Shown here: piece after piece, positions 59,494-64,000 of the stretch
Layout: the number at the start of each line of letters is the position of its first letter
Position numbering within the stretch: the stretch's first letter is position 1
Origin: Anaeramoeba ignava BMAN
Taxonomy: Eukaryota; Protista; Anaeramoebae
DNA: 64,000 nt
Direction of reading: 5' to 3'
Assembly (NCBI GenBank): GCA_028826165.1
Contig: JAPDFW010000063.1
Location: 806,001-870,000 of the forward strand
The notes under the pieces: generated by a model
Database searches by the model: none
What the model saw: only the letters and a program-made list of their open reading frames with translations
Told to the model about the DNA's origin: nothing
Translations under genes and position numbers: made by a program

Positions 59494-59752
59494 AAAAAGA
59501 AAGAAAGAAATTAAGATTGTTTATTAAAAAAAAAGAAAGAAAAACATTGAAAAAAAAAATAAAAGAAAAAAAAAGAAAAAAAAAAATTGTTTTGAATTTA
59601 AAGAAAAGAAAAGAAAAGAAAAGAAGAATAAAAAAATAACTGAAAACTAAATTGAATTTTATTTTTTATTTTTTATTTTTTTATTTTTTTATTTTTTTAT
59701 TTTTCATTTTTCATTTTTCATTTTTCATTTTTCATTTTATAAAAAAAAAAAA

Positions 59753-60856
59753 ATGTCAATTCCAGAAAAAATCACAGAAATTGAATCAGAAATTGCACGA
59801 ACACAAAAGAACAAAGCAACAGCAAGACACATTGGACTATTAAAAGCCAAACTAGCGAAACTACGGCGAGAATTATTAACGCCACGAGGAGGAGGAGGAC
59901 GAACAGGGGAAGGATTTGACGTGAGCAAAACAGGGGACTCACGAATCGGACTAGTAGGATTTCCATCAGTAGGAAAGTCGACGCTGCTAAACAAATTAAC
60001 GACATCACATTCCGAGGTAGCAGCGTACGACTTCACAACGCTGACCACAGTCCCCGGAATAATATATTACAAAGGCGCAAAAATTCAGTTATTGGATCTG
60101 CCAGGAATTATTGAAGGCGCTAAGGACGGTAAAGGAAGAGGAAGACAAGTTATTGCAGTGGCTCGCACGTGCAATATGCTCTTGATTGTTCTCGATGCAA
60201 TGAAACCCTTTGCTATTAAAAGAAAAATTGAGTATGAACTTGAGGGGTTCGGGATCAAATTGAACAGAGATCCCCCGAATATTAAATTCGAAACAAAAGA
60301 TCGAGGAGGGGTTAATTTTGTGTCTACGTTCCCGCAGGAGTTTCTTGACCAGGAAATCGCCCAGAGTATTTGTGCTGAGTATAAGATCCATAATGCTGAG
60401 ATTATCGTGAAATATCCTGATGCAACTCCCGATGATCTTATCGATATCATCGAGGGAAACCGCATCTATATCCCTGCCATATACATTTTTAATAAGATCG
60501 ACCAAATCACTATTCAAGAGCTTGAGGTCCTCTCAAAGATCCCCCATTCCGTTTTCATCTCCGCCCATTTCGAGTGGAACCTTGATGAGCTCCTTCTCCG
60601 CATCTGGGAGTATCTTGACTTCATTAGAGTCTATACAAAACCCCGGGGGCAAATTCCGGACTTTTCTGCCCCTATTATTATGCCCTCAAAAAGTAGATCC
60701 ATTGAGTCCCTTTGTAACCGCATCCATAGAAATCTTATTCATGATTTTAAGTTCGCTTATGTTTGGGGTTCAAGTGTTAAACATAACCCCCAAAAAGTCG
60801 GTAAAGACCATTTACTTGATGATGAAGATGTTGTTCAGATCGTTAAGAAAATTTGA
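59753..60856 (+). CDS. DRG1: Developmentally regulated GTP-binding protein 1 (Rbg1), intronless
   Basis: [61 protein letters not shown] domain [10 protein letters not shown]. Confidence 0.97.
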   Translation: MSIPEKITEIESEIARTQKNKATARHIGLLKAKLAKLRRELLTPRGGGGRTGEGFDVSKTGDSRIGLVGFPSVGKSTLLNKLTTSHSEVAAYDFTTLTTVPGIIYYKGAKIQLLDLPGIIEGAKDGKGRGRQVIAVARTCNMLLIVLDAMKPFAIKRKIEYELEGFGIKLNRDPPNIKFETKDRGGVNFVSTFPQEFLDQEIAQSICAEYKIHNAEIIVKYPDATPDDLIDIIEGNRIYIPAIYIFNKIDQITIQELEVLSKIPHSVFISAHFEWNLDELLLRIWEYLDFIRVYTKPRGQIPDFSAPIIMPSKSRSIESLCNRIHRNLIHDFKFAYVWGSSVKHNPQKVGKDHLLDDEDVVQIVKKI

Positions 60857-61019
60857 TTTTCTTCTTTTTTCTTTTTTTCTTTTTCTTTCTTTTATATTTT
60901 TTTTTTTTGGATTAGAATTTTTTTTAAAAAAAAGTGAAGAAAAGAAAAGAACATAAAAACGAAAAGAAATAAAACAAAACTAAACAAAACAACAAATTTA
61001 ATTTCTTTAATTTTATTTC

Positions 61020-62355
61020 TTTATTTTTTAAATTAATTTAAATTTAGATTTTAATTTAAATTTAGATTTAGATTTTAATTTAGATTTAGATTTTAATTTA
61101 GATTTTAATTTAGATTTTAATTTAGATTTTAATTTTGATTTAGATTTAGATTTAAATTTAGATTTATATTTAGATTTTGATTTAGATTTAGATTTAAATT
61201 TAAATTTAGATTTATATTTAATTTTGATTTTAATTTTAATTTAGATTTGGATTTAAATTTAAATTTAGATTTAGATTTAGATTTAGATTTATATTTAGAT
61301 TTATATTTAGATTTAGATTTAGATTTAAATTTAATTTTGATTTTAATTTTAATTTAGATTTGGATTTAAATTTAAATTTAGATTTAGATTTTGATTTAGA
61401 TTTAGATTTAGATTTTAATTTAGATTTAGATTTAGATTTATATTTATATTTTGATTTAAATTTAGATTTAGATTTAGAAATTGATTTTAATTTTGATTTT
61501 GATTTAAATTTAGATTTAGATTTAGATTTAAATTTAGATTTTAATTTTGATTTTAATTTTGATTTAAATTTAGATTTAGATTTAGATTTAGATTTAGAAT
61601 TTATATTTTGATTTTAATTTTGATTTTGATTTAAATTTAGATTTATATTTAGATTTAGATTTTGATTTAGATTTAAATTTAGATTTAGATTTAAATTTAG
61701 ATTTAAATTTAGATTTAGATTTATTTAGATTTTAATTTAAATTTAAATTTAGATTTTATTTTAGATTTTAATTTTTGATTTTTGATTTTAATTTTTAATT
61801 TAGATTTAGATTTAGATTTTGATTTAGATTTATATTTTGATTTAAATTTTAGATTTAGATTTAGATTTAGATTTTAGATTTAGATTTAGATTTATATTTA
61901 TGATTTAGAATTTGATTTTTAAATTTAGATTTATATTTATATTTAGAATTTGATTTTAAATTTTGATTTTGATTTAAATTTAGATTTTGATTTAGATTTT
62001 GATTTAGAATTTAGATTTTGATTTTGATTTAATTTTAATTTTGATTTTGATTTTGATTTTTGATTTTGATTTTAATTTTGATTTTAATTTTTGATTTTTG
62101 ATTTTTTTGATTTTTAATTTTTGATTTTGATTTTGATTTTATTTTGATTTTTGATTTTAATTTTGATTTAGATTTTGATTTTAATTTTGATTTTGATTTT
62201 GATTTAGATTTTAATTTTAGATTTAGATTTTAATTTTGATTTAGATTTAGATTTAGATTTAGATTTAGATTTAGATTTAGATTTAGATTTAGATTTAGAT
62301 TTAGATTTAGATTTTGATTTAGATTTTGATTTAGATTTAGATTTAGATTTTAATT
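61020..62355. repeat. (TTTAGA/TTTTGA)n hexamer tract between convergent DRG1 and MKT1
   Basis: Directly visible; continues the NLNLNPNL coding repeat of MKT1 past its stop. Confidence 0.9.
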
Positions 62356-63991
62356 TTAATTTTGATTTAATTTTAATTTTGATTTAAATTTAAATTTAGA
62401 TTTTAATTTTGATTTGAATATTGATTTTGATTTGGAATATTGATTTGGATATTGATTTGGAAATTGATTTGGAAATTGATTTGAATATTGATTTGGATAT
62501 TGATTTGGATATTGATTTGGATATTGATTTGGATATTGATTTGAATATTGATTTGGAAATTGATTTGGAAATTGATTTGGAAATTGATTTGGAAATTGAT
62601 TTGGATTTAGACTTGAATTTAGATTTGGATATTGATTTGGATTTAGATTTGGATTTAGATTTGGATTTAGATTTGGATTTAGATTTGGATTTAGATTTGG
62701 ATTTAGATTTGGATTTAGATTTAGATTTAGATTTAGATTTAGATTTAGATTTGGATTTAGATTTGGATTTAGATTTAGAAATTGATTTTGAATTTGAAAA
62801 AAATTTTGATTTTTTAAATCTTTTAAATAAGTATCAGCTTTCACAAATTCTCCTTTCAAATCAAAATCAAACAAAAATGGCTCATTCTCAAATTCTTTCA
62901 CAATAGTCATAAAAGAATTATCCCAAAAATCAAATAATTTATCAATATAAGAAGAATCTATAAAGCTTTGCATATAAGAATTCTCATTCAAAATAACTTG
63001 AATAGGTTTTTTGTTTAATAAACAATGCTTAACAATAATAGAAGGAATAAGATCAATTTCATTCTGAAAAAGCAGATTATCTGAAACACTATGAAAATCT
63101 TCTTTTTTTGTTAAATCATTAGAATTTTTAAATATATAAAGAAATATAATATCGGACAAGTTCTTGAAAATATCCAAAGCAGCAGTACAAACTTCTCTGA
63201 ACGCTAATAAATCTCGATCTACTGGTCCATCCCAAGTATTATTGAAAGTAATTTGTTGAGTATTGGATTTTGACATAATCGAAAATAAAGAAAAAACACG
63301 AGAAATCAAATCAATTTCCGATATTTCCGATTTTTCTTGTTTAGGATAACTAGAATCATTGCCATAAATATACTGAAATTTCTCGGAAAATGGAACTTTG
63401 CTGATCAAAAGTATCAAGAACAAAAGTTTTAATTCCCAATTTTCTCGATTTTGCTCCTTAAATATTTGGGTTAGTTTGTCATATTTTGATGATATCTTAA
63501 TTTCTTTATTTTCAGGTTCATAATCCATTATCCCAAAAAAATAAAGTGTTATCTTTATGATTTGATTTATCATTTTCTGGCATTGTTGTTTATCCGAAAG
63601 CTTTCCAAACTGTAAATAAAGATCATCTTTTTTCGAAGATTCTAACAACCCTTTGATGTCAATATTTTCCGAAATATGCAATTTTGATTTTGATTCCGAT
63701 TGATTCACTTGAACTTGTATTCCTGTTTTTTCATAATAGTGCAAAATAGGAATATCTGTTCTCATTGATTTCGGCAATTCAAATGAGAATACATTTAATG
63801 AATCCTCAAGAATTTTTCTGAAAAATGAAGAATTTGTGAATTCTCGATATTCCGCTGTATCAATCAGCGGTGGTGGTTGATACAAGTATTTGTTAGTTAA
63901 AGCGTTGAAGAACTGAGGTTGAATAAAATTATATGCGAGAAAGAAGTAATATAAATTTGGAAATCGTGGAAAATTGAATTTTTCTTCAAAT
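62356..63991 (-). CDS. MKT1: MKT1-like (XPG/PIN-related post-transcriptional regulator), terminal exon; gene begins beyond window end
   Basis: After acceptor TTAAAAAAG (63992) the frame reads FEEKFNFPRFPNLYYFFLAYNFIQPQFFNALT...QPPPLIDTAEYREF (MKT1_N-like), then LISRVFSL...WDGPVDRDLLAF (MKT1_C-like). Confidence 0.7.
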
Positions 63992-64000
63992 CTTTTTTAA

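Noticed and set aside
61020-62355. Telomeric repeat (TTTAGA)n
   Set aside because: It is internal, degenerate, lacks G-runs and is continuous with the MKT1 coding NL repeat.
187-62906. Many ORF-track entries of (IL)n, (KI)n, (YI)n, (DL)n, (NF)n type and antisense ORFs over DDX23, Hsp110, DRG1, IPO5 and TMEM62
   Set aside because: They are translations of simple repeats in introns/intergenic DNA, or stop-free shadows of real genes.
1-64000. Alternative genetic code (TAA/TAG read as Gln)
   Set aside because: Conserved proteins end at TAA (CHMP1, IPO5), TAG (Hsp110) and TGA (DRG1) at expected positions, and aligned exons contain no in-frame stops.

Overview
Extremely AT-rich eukaryotic (protist) genomic DNA, read with the standard genetic code (TAA/TAG/TGA are stops). 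It has spliceosomal introns that are often filled with simple repeats. Base composition, NQ/NE-rich proteins and gene content suggest an Anaeramoeba-like anaerobic amoeba; this is inference and was not verified. About 21 protein genes were assembled by hand: Rab18-like GTPase (5' part), TMEM62, two tandem GBP/atlastin-type GTPase-coiled-coil-SPRY genes, a single-BRCT protein, a GATA-finger + tandem-BRCT protein, QTRT2, an 82-aa secreted Cys-rich peptide missed by the ORF track, GPC1, LAMTOR5, a multi-PH-like protein, TTC4, a Drosha/Dicer-like double RNase III, a BRSK/Hsl1-type kinase, Hsp110, VDAC, importin-5, DDX23/Prp28, CHMP1, RapGAP, DRG1 and MKT1 (3' part). No tRNA, rRNA, CRISPR array, intein or transposase was found. 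Main observations: (1) the intronless GTPase-SPRY pair sits inside a ~144-bp satellite, and its two copies differ by mostly amino-acid-changing substitutions in the GTPase plus one sharply bounded swapped linker/PRY patch, which resembles a diversifying innate-immune receptor locus; (2) a textbook AT-AC U12 (minor spliceosome) intron in importin-5; (3) unusual splicing grammar: AAG acceptors after A-rich tracts, G-free repeat-filled introns, and an intron built from ~23 copies of its own exon/donor junction; (4) an SH3-like module inserted in Hsp110; (5) an A-to-T third-codon-position gradient that resets in every exon.
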